DNA of 63,504 bases, filler included. It is 7 parts of 7 records of this genome, joined end to end, with 100 filler letters (N's around TTAATTAATTAA, not from the genome) between each part and the next. Parts side by side here need not be neighbours in the genome. Positions count along the whole stretch, not along the records: positions 51,525 to 57,556 come from SRR31147125_56760; positions 57,657 to 63,504 come from SRR31147125_56777; 5 more parts are not named here. One strand, given 5' to 3'. Position 1 is the first letter of the stretch. The number at the start of each line of letters is the position of its first letter. The translations under genes and the position numbers were made by a program. The notes beneath the pieces are model-generated. The model saw only the letters and a list, made by a program, of their open reading frames with translations. It was not told the origin of the DNA and did not search any database. Below are positions 52,994 through 63,367 of this stretch, piece by piece.

Positions 52994-53539
52994 TCAGTAG
53001 TAGTCCCAGAGGCAAGCGGAGGCGTTGTCCCATTCTTGACCCAGGTCCACGCACTTCTGATGGGGTGGGCATTGCGAGCTGGTGCTGCATGCAACGAAAC
53101 AAAAACCAGGAGGCTGCAGGCTATCCTCCATGCAGTGATCGAAGAACATCCCGTTTCCCCAGTAGGAAAACAGCGGACAAGGGTCCGTCGGCGAACACGG
53201 GGGCACGCAGATTCCCATATCGCCTTCGTCGTAGCCGTACCAACCGGCCATGTATGCGTTGTAGCAAGGGCTGCCGTCGTCGCAGAGCTCTCCAGGCTTG
53301 TCGCAACTGCATGGCGCTGCCGAGTTCAGCGGGCAGGTGGAGTCAATATCCCCGTCGGCGTCTGTATCCGTATCCGTATCCGTATCCGTGTCACCGTCGC
53401 TGTCCCCATCGCCGTCACCGTCGCTATCACCGTCACCATCCGAGTCGCCGTCCGAACTCCCAAACCCGGGCAAACCCTGCGTCTGCCAGCAACCGACAGC
53501 TGCGAAACCAAAACAAATCACCAGCCAACACAATCTCAT
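52994..53539 (-). CDS. Cys-rich lipoprotein with (Asp-X)n linker
   Basis: AVGC lipobox; DGDSDGD...DTDTDTD; many Cys. Confidence 0.75.
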   Translation of the reverse strand: MRLCWLVICFGFAAVGCWQTQGLPGFGSSDGDSDGDGDSDGDGDGDSDGDTDTDTDTDTDADGDIDSTCPLNSAAPCSCDKPGELCDDGSPCYNAYMAGWYGYDEGDMGICVPPCSPTDPCPLFSYWGNGMFFDHCMEDSLQPPGFCFVACSTSSQCPPHQKCVDLGQEWDNASACLWDYY

Positions 53540-53687
53540 GAGACCCTCCTCTTTCATCCACAGAACGACAGAGTGTCATCGGCACGAAAAAGGGAAAACG
53601 TATCCTGCCCGGAACATCCCTCTGCATGTCTCCTATCTTACAACACAGCCAATTTTTAAATAATTTCAGTCTGATCCGTTTACCCCC

Positions 53688-53721
53688 TACCAGGTTCATG
53701 TACCAGGTTCATGTGACCAGG
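53688..53721. repeat. 13-nt tandem duplication
   Basis: taccaggttcatg x2 followed by partial tgaccagg. Confidence 0.6.
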
Positions 53722-53752
53722 CCAGGCCCAGAGACAAGCATATAGATTGCTC

Positions 53753-55363
53753 TCAAAACTCGGGGCAGAGCTTGATAACCATTAGATCTTCATCGGTCTC
53801 GGCCGCGCCGGTTACAGAGCTGCCATCTGAGAGGGAAACATCGTAACTTCCTTTAAAAGTGCCCCCCAAAACCAATCCGTCGTCCGGGGCCTTGCTCAAC
53901 GCTTTGGTTCTAAATATCGAAAAATCAAGTTCTTCCTCAAGTGAAGCCTGATATTCGAGTTCGCCGTTGTCGTTATAAACCAGTGATACTACCCCGTCCT
54001 TGTCCATTATTTTTGGGCCGGCCTCCCCAAGGCCGTATAGCACCGATCCTCGGAAAACCGCCGCCGCCGCGACTCTCCCGTTTGTGAGCGCAACAGGGTT
54101 CGAATAGTTCACAAAACAGTGTTCTGAGCCATAGCAGGTCGAGGCCACGGCATATACATAATCACCTTCAGATGTATAACGAACCACAAGACCGGCATCC
54201 CCGAATTCGTATCCGCCCATGGTTTCCTCGTAGTACGACACGAACGAATCCAGAATCGTACCCTCGTCCAATGTACAGAGTCCCAATGAAAAATTGCCTG
54301 AAAAAACCAGGGAGCCATCGTCCGAAACTACCGGCGACAAAGGATTTCCGGACAAACCATAGGATTCCGCCTGCCTGACCCACATGAGTGATCCGTCTTG
54401 ATTATACCGGGCGAAAAACAACATATACCGGTGACTTTCATTAAAAAATGACTCCGAATCAGCTGGTGGGAAGTCCAACCCCGATTGCTCGATCTCTGTC
54501 TCCCCAGGCAGACCCTCTCCCAGTACCAAACTAGAGGCCGAGGTCGTGCCCGACAGAGCGAAAGAGCCATCGGGGTAAGTCGCAACCTCCCTGGACAACC
54601 GTCCTTCGCGCAGGACGTAAGCCCACTGGGGACTCCCGTCCGAGCCCAGCCGGGCTATGAAGGGCACAGGACCGATGTGATGTGGATCGCTCGGTTGGAA
54701 GATGGCCAGGGAATTGGGTTCCCCAGCCCCCAAGGTAATCGTTGAATCTACAGCTCCCGAACGCAGCAACCCGGTCATAACGATGGAGCCGTCAGGGAAG
54801 ATGCCCAGGCCGGCCCCCTGGACTTTGGTGTTCCCCGTTGCTTTCCTTATCCAGACCAGCTCGCTGGAGCCGTCGTACCTGGCGATGAAGAGCCCTTTGT
54901 TCTCTCCTGAAGTCAACAACGTCTCCCCGGACTCCCCCTGAGCGAAAACCGCATCCCCAAAAAAGCTTCCGGTAACGACGAACCCGCCGGTTCCGTCCCC
55001 CTGCATGGCACCTATCTCGAATTCATCAGCGGTCGAAGTGAGGTAGAAATCGCTGACCACTTCCCCTTCCGTATCCAAACGGATTATCCGCCCCGTCGAG
55101 GTCGAGGCGACTACTGTCCCGTCATCATTGGCATGAATGCCCACCATCCAGTGCCCTCCTCCATCGCCCATAGGCGAGAAGTAGCAGGACTGAAACTCCT
55201 CATCGCAATACCCGGGCTCGGTATCTGTATCAGCATCCCCATCCACATCCGTATCCGCGTCCGCATCACCCTCACCTTCACCCACCGGATGGAAATTGGC
55301 AGCCTGTTGCTTCCAACAACCGCCAACCGCAACCGCTCCACAAAAAATGATGACTCGAAGCAT
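53753..55363 (-). CDS. Beta-propeller (SBBP-like) lipoprotein with (Asp-X)n linker
   Basis: VGGC lipobox; repeated FIARY.G..W / VVTGSF blades. Confidence 0.75.
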   Translation of the reverse strand: MLRVIIFCGAVAVGGCWKQQAANFHPVGEGEGDADADTDVDGDADTDTEPGYCDEEFQSCYFSPMGDGGGHWMVGIHANDDGTVVASTSTGRIIRLDTEGEVVSDFYLTSTADEFEIGAMQGDGTGGFVVTGSFFGDAVFAQGESGETLLTSGENKGLFIARYDGSSELVWIRKATGNTKVQGAGLGIFPDGSIVMTGLLRSGAVDSTITLGAGEPNSLAIFQPSDPHHIGPVPFIARLGSDGSPQWAYVLREGRLSREVATYPDGSFALSGTTSASSLVLGEGLPGETEIEQSGLDFPPADSESFFNESHRYMLFFARYNQDGSLMWVRQAESYGLSGNPLSPVVSDDGSLVFSGNFSLGLCTLDEGTILDSFVSYYEETMGGYEFGDAGLVVRYTSEGDYVYAVASTCYGSEHCFVNYSNPVALTNGRVAAAAVFRGSVLYGLGEAGPKIMDKDGVVSLVYNDNGELEYQASLEEELDFSIFRTKALSKAPDDGLVLGGTFKGSYDVSLSDGSSVTGAAETDEDLMVIKLCPEF

Positions 55364-55530
55364 GTCCTATCCCCCATAGACCTTCAGGCTGTTGGCGTCG
55401 CTTGTACTGCTCACACGTCGAAAGAATTAGCATCCACATGATTCTCAGGCAATGCATAGTAATCGTGGCCTCCTGACATGTGTATAAGTCACGCGATATT
55501 ATAAACAAAACCCCCATTCAGCAATCAGAG

Positions 55531-55609
55531 CTTTTCTGCCTATGAAGATCACGGACTGAAACCTGATCCGTGTTTGTCCGTGTTTGTCCGTGTTTGTCCG
55601 TAGGGAAAG
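55531..55609. repeat. 10-nt tandem array (tccgtgtttg x3.5) with degenerate inverted partner
   Basis: Array 55567-55601; upstream cctatgaagatcacggactgaaacctga. Confidence 0.8.
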
Positions 55610-55633
55610 GCCTTCAGGCGGGAGAGGATAGCC

Positions 55634-57556
55634 CTACTGTTTCAGATAGTTTTCGAAGGCTTCGAAGGTGCTTTTTCGGCCGAGGAAGTTCGTCATCATC
55701 TCCTCGGCGTCCACAGCTCCGCCGGCGCCTACTACGTACTTGCGGTAGTCGGCGGCCACCTTGGAATCCATGAGGCCTTCTTTCTCGAAGCGGGTGAACA
55801 GGTCCTTGGCCAGGTTCAATGACCACATGTAGGTGTAGTACATGGAGCTGTATCCCTCCAGATGTCCGAAGTTGGCGAACACGTGGGTGCCCTCTTCATA
55901 GGGATACGGGTTGAACTTGGCCTGGAGGTCCTTGAGGTTGGCGGTGAGGTTGATGCTCTTGGGATTGACCACGTGGAAGTTCAGGGACATGGCCGCGTAG
56001 AACATCTGACGCATGACGTGAACCCCCTTTCCGAACTCGTCTGCGGCGCGCATCTTCTTCACCAGCTCGGCGGAGATGGGCTCCTTGGTGTCCACATGCT
56101 TGGCGAATCTCGCGAGTACGCCGGGATCCCACGCCCACTCTTCCAGAAGCTGTGACGGAGCCTCAACGAAGTCCCACTCACACGCGATTCCCGAGAGGTT
56201 GGCCCACTTGTAGCCACCGCCCAGCAGGTGGTGCAAGAGGTGACCGAACTCGTGGAAGTAGGTGGTCACGTCCCCGTGCTCCATGAGGGCCGGCTTTCCG
56301 TCCACGGGTTTGGGGAAGTTGCACACCAACGAAGCGGCGGGCAGCTGCTCATCGGTGATGCCCGTAACGAGATTGAACATGGCTGCGTGTCCGTACTTGC
56401 CTTCCCTGGGGTGCATGTCCAGGTAGAAGCGTCCCTTGCTCTCGCCGCCCTCTTTGATATCGTACGCTACTACGTCCTCGTGCCAGAGCGCCGCGCCCTC
56501 CACCTTCGCGAACTCCACCTGGAACAGCTCCTGGTAAACCGCCAGGATTCCCTTCGTGACCTGAGTGTAGTCGAAGTACTTGCGCACCTCCTGGGAGTCC
56601 ACGCCGAACTTCTCGGATTGGATCTTCTTCACGTAGTAGAATCTATCCCACATACGCACTTTCTCGGCGTCAGGAGAGTCCTTCTTTTTGCGCTCGAGAA
56701 TCTCCTCGAGATCCTTGTCCATACGCGGACGGGCCAGACCGGCAACCTTGTCGACAAAATCGCTGATGGTCTTCACGTCCTTGGCCATCTTGTCTTCGGC
56801 GTTGTACTCGGCCCAGTTGGGATATCCCAGCAGGTTGGCGTATTCGTGACGGAGCTGGAGGATCTTCTTGAGGGTCTCCTCGTTTTCCGGATACGCCCGG
56901 GAGAGGAAAGCCTTGTACAGATCCCTGCGAACCCCCTCATTCTCCAGGTAGCTTTGCACCGGGAAAAAGTCCGGATAGTCCGTTGAGAGCTTGACCTTGC
57001 CGTTTTCCTGGACCGGGTGGGCCTTTACGAAATCCTCGGGCATGCCTTTCAGATCAGAGGGCTCCACTTCGATGAAGCGCTTGTCCTCACGTATGCGCCT
57101 GGAGAATTCCTGCCCCGTCTTGACCATCTGCTCGTTGAGATCCGCCAGTTTCTTGCGGGTCTTTTCGTCCTTATCCACACCGGAGCGGCGATAATCGCGC
57201 AGGTGGTGCTCCAATGAACGCTTCGCCGTAGCCTCCATGCCATCGGTCTTCAGACCGGACAGAGCGTCATACACATCCCGATCCAGGCTCAGATCCGTAA
57301 CGAACTTCATCACGTCTTGCTGGCACTTCTCGGCAGCTGTGCGAACAGGCTTGTCAGGGTGAACGTTGGCCATGAGCTCGGACAGCGGCAACACCTTGTC
57401 GACAGCCAGGCTGATATCGTTCATGGCGCCCAGGGTGTTCTCCACTGTGCGCTCGCCTTCCACCTTGACCATTGTGTCTCTCAAAGCCTTGGCCTCTTCG
57501 AGAGTTTTCGCGCAATGATCCTTCATCTGCGCCGGATCCGACGGGAACGCAGGCTC
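55634..57556 (-). CDS. M3 family (thimet oligopeptidase-like) zinc peptidase, 5'-truncated
   Basis: FYLDMHPREGKYGHAA, FHEFGH, DFVEAPSQLLE, YYTYMWS. Confidence 0.93.
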   Translation of the reverse strand, partial: EPAFPSDPAQMKDHCAKTLEEAKALRDTMVKVEGERTVENTLGAMNDISLAVDKVLPLSELMANVHPDKPVRTAAEKCQQDVMKFVTDLSLDRDVYDALSGLKTDGMEATAKRSLEHHLRDYRRSGVDKDEKTRKKLADLNEQMVKTGQEFSRRIREDKRFIEVEPSDLKGMPEDFVKAHPVQENGKVKLSTDYPDFFPVQSYLENEGVRRDLYKAFLSRAYPENEETLKKILQLRHEYANLLGYPNWAEYNAEDKMAKDVKTISDFVDKVAGLARPRMDKDLEEILERKKKDSPDAEKVRMWDRFYYVKKIQSEKFGVDSQEVRKYFDYTQVTKGILAVYQELFQVEFAKVEGAALWHEDVVAYDIKEGGESKGRFYLDMHPREGKYGHAAMFNLVTGITDEQLPAASLVCNFPKPVDGKPALMEHGDVTTYFHEFGHLLHHLLGGGYKWANLSGIACEWDFVEAPSQLLEEWAWDPGVLARFAKHVDTKEPISAELVKKMRAADEFGKGVHVMRQMFYAAMSLNFHVVNPKSINLTANLKDLQAKFNPYPYEEGTHVFANFGHLEGYSSMYYTYMWSLNLAKDLFTRFEKEGLMDSKVAADYRKYVVGAGGAVDAEEMMTNFLGRKSTFEAFENYLKQ

Positions 57557-57656
57557 NNNNNNNNNNNNNNNNNNNNNNNNNNNNNNNNNNNNNNNNNNNN
57601 TTAATTAATTAANNNNNNNNNNNNNNNNNNNNNNNNNNNNNNNNNNNNNNNNNNNN

Positions 57657-57723
57657 AGCCGACGACCAGCAGACAGTCCACAAGGTGCAGCAGCCGGGCC
57701 ATGATTGAACTCTGCTCCCGCAA
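57657..57723 (-). CDS. N-terminal fragment of the next EPS gene (possibly a priming sugar transferase)
   Basis: (L)REQSSIMARLLHLVDCLLVVG runs off the contig; identity from context only. Confidence 0.35.
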
Positions 57724-57782
57724 ATTAGTTGAGACCATTGATTAGAAAGTGATCATGTGATCACATGAGTGATTTAATCCTG

Positions 57783-58715
57783 TTAAGACTCCCGGACACA
57801 GGACCTCTGCCACCAGCGCTCATTCATGCTCATTCGCCGGGCCATACTTTGTGGCAACATCCGATGGAGTCTCCCTAATCGATATCCACAGAATTTCATC
57901 CCCATCCTTACCATAAAAACACCGATCATTCTATAACTACGGCGCTGCCACAGATAAGTAAGACCGGAGCGGATATAGTCAAGCCCTCTCCCACCTGCTC
58001 CTCCGTAGGTGTCAAGCAGCCACCGCTGATTGTGGTGAAACACTCCGATATCGAAATAGCGTTTGAATTCCTCATCCCACGAGTAGCTGTGCGAGTGGTA
58101 CACCTCCGCGTCCGCTGCATAGGAAATTTTTCCGCCGCGCTCAAGCAGCCGGCCCGCTGCAGTGCTGTCTTCCCCGAATATCAGATCTGACTCGAAATAA
58201 TCGATATCGGCGAGGCTGCTTTTCCGATACGCCGCGCACGAGTTGGATAAAAATACCGTCTCGAACCCGAGTTTCCCGCGATCCTCAAATGATTTCACCG
58301 CAGAACAGGGCGGGTAATTGAACGCCCGTAAGTGGGTAGCGATCTCGTCGGCATCGAACGACGGAAGTTGTCGACCGTAACTGGCTACAATATCAGGGTA
58401 TTCAATAATCGGAGCCACAAGTTTTTCGAGCATTGACGGGGATGCGGGAAGCACATCCTGGGTCAGGAAAACAAGAATGTCCCCGCAGGCCATCTTCGCT
58501 GCCGCACTCCGGGTAGAGCCGTGATCGAATGAATCCAGCTCGATGCGCTCAACCCGCGCTCCATATTGTTCTGCAACGTCAACCGTCCCGTCTTCCGAGG
58601 CGGAATCAATGACCAGAATTTCCTCGGCCATCATCTTCTGGATAGTGAGACCGGCGAGCAGTTCACGCAGCGAATCCTGACCGTTTCTAGTTGGTATGAT
58701 GACCGAGATTTTCAT
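57783..58715 (-). CDS. GT2 glycosyltransferase (rhamnosyltransferase-like)
   Basis: VIIPTRN, IDSASEDGT, FDHG, LTQD, YGRQLP, VYHSH. Confidence 0.9.
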   Translation of the reverse strand: MKISVIIPTRNGQDSLRELLAGLTIQKMMAEEILVIDSASEDGTVDVAEQYGARVERIELDSFDHGSTRSAAAKMACGDILVFLTQDVLPASPSMLEKLVAPIIEYPDIVASYGRQLPSFDADEIATHLRAFNYPPCSAVKSFEDRGKLGFETVFLSNSCAAYRKSSLADIDYFESDLIFGEDSTAAGRLLERGGKISYAADAEVYHSHSYSWDEEFKRYFDIGVFHHNQRWLLDTYGGAGGRGLDYIRSGLTYLWQRRSYRMIGVFMVRMGMKFCGYRLGRLHRMLPQSMARRMSMNERWWQRSCVRES

Positions 58716-58762
58716 CCGTTCTTCAGTTGTGCTGTACCGAGTAGTCCGTGACGCAGACCAGC

Positions 58763-59590
58763 TCAGATACGTAAAAGAGAAACCGCCAGATATTTACAGA
58801 CCGCCCAGACAAGATAGGGCGATCGATTCTTTGCGTTAAGCCCGATTTCATTCTTCGATGCCATCTTCCTGACGTCGTGGGGTATGGATGTGCGATCCCG
58901 CGCCCATCCCCGGGCATGAAAGGCTACGATTTCTGGGTCATAGGTCAGTTTCCAGCCGTGCCTGCGAAGTCTCAGCGACAGGTCGATGTCTTCCTTGTAC
59001 ATGAAAAAGCGCTCGTCGAAGGGCGTCGAACCGAGCTCGGATACCGTTTCCAGTGCCTTTTTCCGGCAGAGCATGAAGGCGCCGCAGATGGCGGGAACGT
59101 CCTGATCACGATCGTATTGCCCCCTGTCCTCCTGCCCCTGTCCACGATCGTACCAGCGTCCGTACCAGGTTCTGAAAATACCCGTCGAGTCAATCAGGCC
59201 GCTCGGACGTTGTTTTTCGAGATCATACCCTTTGAGTTTGCCCGTGAGTATCGCCGTATCCGGACGGTGCCGGAAAGATTCACGTGCTGTTGCAATACAG
59301 TCCCCGTCAAGAAAAGTATCGGGGTTCATGAACAGGATAAAATCGGTGTCAGGATCGACCTGTGTCAACCCGATATTGTTTGCGGCCGAGAATCCGATAT
59401 TATCCTGCAACACCAGCCTGAATCTCTCATCGTCACCATATGGTTCGAGGTAGGCGGTATCTGTCGAGCCGCTGTCCACAATGATGATTCTATCCGGAAC
59501 GATGGGCTGCCTGCACACCCTGTCGATGCACTCGGCGAGTATATCGCTGGAATTGTGAGTGACGATGACGACGTGGAGGATCGGATCCAT
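58763..59590 (-). CDS. GT2 glycosyltransferase
   Basis: VIVTHNS, DSGSTD, GFSAANN, MNPD, FDERFFMYKEDID. Confidence 0.9.
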   Translation of the reverse strand: MDPILHVVIVTHNSSDILAECIDRVCRQPIVPDRIIIVDSGSTDTAYLEPYGDDERFRLVLQDNIGFSAANNIGLTQVDPDTDFILFMNPDTFLDGDCIATARESFRHRPDTAILTGKLKGYDLEKQRPSGLIDSTGIFRTWYGRWYDRGQGQEDRGQYDRDQDVPAICGAFMLCRKKALETVSELGSTPFDERFFMYKEDIDLSLRLRRHGWKLTYDPEIVAFHARGWARDRTSIPHDVRKMASKNEIGLNAKNRSPYLVWAVCKYLAVSLLRI

Positions 59591-59605
59591 TCGACGTCTC
59601 CGGTT

Positions 59606-60670
59606 TCAGCAGAACAATGCGAGGTAGAAGCGAAAAAACCAGTTGCTCCTGCCCGATACGCGCCTTCGCGCCATGATAGAGCCGACGGCCTGGCGCTCAG
59701 ATTCGACGATACGGTCGGCAAAGGCCCGATCACTCAGACGACCGCTCCTCTCGCCATTATCTGAGTGTCTCCACATCTGAGGGATCCGGGGAACGGCGTC
59801 CCATAGTCCACCGACATAAGCGCCGAACTGTTTCTTTTTGATCACAAACAGCAGCCAGAAAAACTGGTAGACCAGAATCGCCGGCAGGAATCTGATCAGC
59901 AGCGGGATCGAGTAATTTTTACAGATGACGAAGATATTGTTCCGAGTTGACAGTCGAACCGTCAACCGGTTGATTTTCGATCCGCTGGTCGCGCTTCCCA
60001 CGTGGTACACGACGGCACGCGGGACATAACAGCACTCATAACCCGCACGAGCCGCACGCATATTCAGGTCGACATCCTCGAGGTAGGCAAAGAATCTCTC
60101 GTCGAACTGACCGATCGACTGGAAAAGAGACCGATGATAGAGTGCGGCGCCGCCGCATGCCCCGAAAACGCGTCGTTTCAGGTCATAATGCTCGCTGTCC
60201 GGTTCCATCGTTCCGAGACGGTAACCGACTCCGCCGCGCAATACCGCATCCCCCGCCCCATCCAGAGTGGTACGCTCGTGGAAAGAGACCATCTTCAACG
60301 CGAACATCAGGTAGTCCGGTTCTGAGATGGTCGTTTCGACCAGATTCTGGAGACAGTCTGGATCCATTTCGACGTCGTTGTTAAGCAGCAGAACCCAGTC
60401 ATTGGTGCCGACTGCGATCCCCCTGTTGACCGCGGCGCTGAACCCCGTATTCTCATGGAGTTCAATCAGGTGTACATCGGGGTATCGGGACGCAACAAAC
60501 TCTCCGGATCCGTCTCCAGACCCATTATCGACAACGATGACCTGGAAATGTGAATAGGTCTGTGACGCAAGGGAGGCCAGGCAGATCTCAAGCATATGCC
60601 TGCCGTTCCAGTTCGGGATTACGATATCGATTCCCGGTGTGTCGCCTGCGTCCATATTCCTGTCAATCAT
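59606..60670 (-). CDS. GT2 glycosyltransferase
   Basis: IPNWNG, DNGSGD, LLNND, FDERFFAYLEDVD. Confidence 0.9.
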   Translation of the reverse strand: MIDRNMDAGDTPGIDIVIPNWNGRHMLEICLASLASQTYSHFQVIVVDNGSGDGSGEFVASRYPDVHLIELHENTGFSAAVNRGIAVGTNDWVLLLNNDVEMDPDCLQNLVETTISEPDYLMFALKMVSFHERTTLDGAGDAVLRGGVGYRLGTMEPDSEHYDLKRRVFGACGGAALYHRSLFQSIGQFDERFFAYLEDVDLNMRAARAGYECCYVPRAVVYHVGSATSGSKINRLTVRLSTRNNIFVICKNYSIPLLIRFLPAILVYQFFWLLFVIKKKQFGAYVGGLWDAVPRIPQMWRHSDNGERSGRLSDRAFADRIVESERQAVGSIMARRRVSGRSNWFFRFYLALFC

Positions 60671-61633
60671 TCGCCGAGCGATGATCTGTATCCCCTATTC
60701 CGAAAACATCCTTGACGTAATACACCGGTTTCTTCTGCGTTTCGTGGTACGTGCGCGCCTGCAGCTCCGCGATAAGGCCGATGGATATGAACTGGATCCC
60801 GATAAAGATAAGGACGATCGCGAGCAGCAACAGCGGTCGGTCGGATAGCGGGATAGCAAAGAACTGCCGCTGAATGGTCATGATCAGCGCGATCAGGAAC
60901 CCGGCTGAACCCGATATGAAACCGAGCAGCCCGAATATCTGGATCGGCCGCGTCGCATAGCTGAGCAGGAATTTGACGGTGATGAGGTCGAGGACAACCT
61001 GATCGTTCTCGATATGCCGTATTTGGATGTGCCGAAGCGCCTGGGCCGGTGATTCACCTTGATTTCCGTAAAGGAGATCCCCATCCCGCTGGCAATGGCG
61101 GGAATGAACCGATGCATCTCACCGTAGAGGTGAATGTTCTTGATCACTTCCCGGCGAAACGCCTTGAGCGTGCAGCCATAGTCATGCAACGCCACGCCGG
61201 TGGTCCATGAGATGATCTTGTTGGCGATCATGGACGGAAGCTTGCGGTTAATAAACGCGTCCTGCCGGTCGTATCGCCAGCCGGTTACCACGTCGAACCC
61301 TTCATCGATCTTCTCGATCAGCTGCGGAATGTCGTGCGGGTCGTTCTGCAGGTCGGCGTCCATCGTGATGATGACATCGCCGGATGCGTAATCGAAGCCG
61401 GCGGACATCGCAGCGGTCTGCCCGAAGTTGCGGCGAAACTGAACGACTCCGATATGTTCGTCCCCTGCCTGGATCGACTTGAGAACCGAGAGCGTGGTAT
61501 CGGAGCTGCCGTCATCGACGAACAGGACTTCATAGTCATGGACCATACTCCCCATCACCTCGGTTATCTCGTCATAGAGAAGTGTGATGTTCTCCTCTTC
61601 ATTATACGTCGGGACGACCACTGATATTTTCAC
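60663..61633 (-). CDS. Polyprenol-phosphate glycosyltransferase (ArnC/DPM1-like GT2); frameshift near 61000
   Basis: [33 protein letters not shown] tail (VLDLITVKF...GLIAEL) in shifted frame. Confidence 0.88.
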
Positions 61634-61656
61634 AGACCCTCCTCAATACGGATCAT

Positions 61657-62610
61657 TTATTGGTATTGTTTTTTCGCCCACAGTTTATACAAAAAAAACA
61701 GGCCGCCGATCAAGGAATAGCAGATCGAGGCTGCCATAAAAAATAGCGCCAGGGTCCTGGACTGTATATCCCCCATTCCGACCTGGGTAAAGAAGTAGAC
61801 ATATCCGTAATCACGAACCCCGATGCCGTAAATGGAAATCGGCAGTGCCTCCATGAGCATGATTACCGGAACGAACGCACCAAAATAGTAAAGGGGAGTA
61901 TCCGTACCGAGGGCCTGTCCCATCAGGTAGACAACCACGATGGCCGAGAGTTGGAACATGAATGACAACGTCATCACCTTCCAGAGCAGCCCCGTGTTCC
62001 GTCTATACCTGCCGAACGATGCGAGGAGTTTATCGATCAGGCGGTTGAGAAAGCCGATTCGATTCAAGCGCAGCAGGGCTAAAATATTCCGGACCAGAAC
62101 CGGTTGCGCCAGAATCACGATGATCGAGAAAAATATAAGGACCAGAAGCGACGGGATGATCATGAAGCGAAACGATCCGAATACAACCGATACGACAAAA
62201 GAAGACAGAAAACTCAAAATCACCAGGGCGACGAATCCGGATAATCGGTCCCCAAACACCGACGCGGCGGACCTGGCCCCTTCCTTGCTCTGCTGCGCGA
62301 TATCGTAGATCCGGTATCCGTCTCCTCCGATATTCGAAGGAAGAAAAAGATTGCAGAATGTACCGCTCATATATGAGATGGTAAGCTCCCACAAGGACAG
62401 ATTCACCTCATCGGCCTTGAGGAATAGCTGCCATTTGCGTGCGCTGACCACCGTGTTGGAAAACAGCAGCACGCCAATCGGAACGAGATACCACGGGTTT
62501 ATCTGCAGGAAGAGATTCGTTATCTGATCGAGCGGTGTCTTGCGATAGATGAAGACAATCAGTGAGAGACTGATCGTCAGCTTCAGGAATATCAGGAAAC
62601 GCTTGTTCAT
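61657..62610 (-). CDS. Lysylphosphatidylglycerol-synthase TM-domain (flippase-like) protein
   Basis: NLFLPSNIGGD, DRLSG, LPISIYGIGVRD. Confidence 0.85.
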   Translation of the reverse strand: MNKRFLIFLKLTISLSLIVFIYRKTPLDQITNLFLQINPWYLVPIGVLLFSNTVVSARKWQLFLKADEVNLSLWELTISYMSGTFCNLFLPSNIGGDGYRIYDIAQQSKEGARSAASVFGDRLSGFVALVILSFLSSFVVSVVFGSFRFMIIPSLLVLIFFSIIVILAQPVLVRNILALLRLNRIGFLNRLIDKLLASFGRYRRNTGLLWKVMTLSFMFQLSAIVVVYLMGQALGTDTPLYYFGAFVPVIMLMEALPISIYGIGVRDYGYVYFFTQVGMGDIQSRTLALFFMAASICYSLIGGLFFLYKLWAKKQYQ

Positions 62611-62611
62611 A

Positions 62612-63341
62612 TCAGGCGCGTTCTCTGACGACCCTGGCCGGCACGCCCAAGCAGACTGAATACGGGGGAACGGAACGGCTGAAAACCGCCCCTGCCCCGG
62701 CCACACTTCCCTGACCGACGGTTACCCCTCCCAGAACACTGACACCGGCTCCAAGCCACACATTGTTCTCCACGTTCACGCCGCCATCGCTGGTTATCGG
62801 GCAGGTACGGATCAACGCGTCGCGATCACCGATATCGTAGTTGCCTCCACCAATGATCAGGCAGCGCTGCCCGATGACGCAATCATCACCGATACTCACC
62901 GTATTCCCGTTGGTAGACTGGACAATACTCTGTGAATTGATGCCGACGTTACTGCCGATCCGAATCTCCCCGTCCTTGCAGGACAGCATCACGTTGTTCG
63001 ACAAGATGGTCGAGTCCCCTATTGAAATAGCCTCGCCGGAACCACTGGTGCGACCATCAAGCACCGAATATTCGCTCACAATCACCGAATCACCGATCGC
63101 CATGTTCGACGGCTGCCGGACAACAACGCCGAAACCGAACACTGATCCCCTGCCGCAGCGTCCGAACATCCTCGGCCAGAATAGTTTTCAGCGCCATCCC
63201 GGGGGCACCCGGAATGAACGTGAACAACTGACAGAATTCATAGTACAGAAATGCAATGAACGAACTGCTGCCGACAATTACCTGTCGATAACGGGACAAC
63301 GCCGAACCTTTTCCGGTTACCGCTTCATGAGTTTTTTCCAT
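62612..63341 (-). CDS. Hexapeptide-repeat acyltransferase; frameshift near 63187
   Basis: Left-handed beta-helix repeats (IGD...VWLGAGVSVLGGVTVG...GVPAR); N-terminus MEKTHEAVTG...PGAPG in another frame. Confidence 0.85.
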
Positions 63342-63367
63342 AAAGATTCAATCACCCGTTGCCTGCA

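Noticed and set aside
53688-53721. 13-nt tandem duplication as a functional array
   Set aside because: Only two full copies between co-oriented genes; indistinguishable from local slippage
4736-63190. About ten frameshifted genes (asnB, ATPase, GH99-like, pyrF, selA, beta-helix protein, DUF362, TonB receptor, ArnC-like GT, acyltransferase) as programmed frameshifts, phase variation or pseudogenes
   Set aside because: All are small indels in short homopolymers, spread over six unrelated contigs and including housekeeping genes with otherwise intact motifs. Sequencing or assembly error is the simplest explanation; read mapping would confirm.
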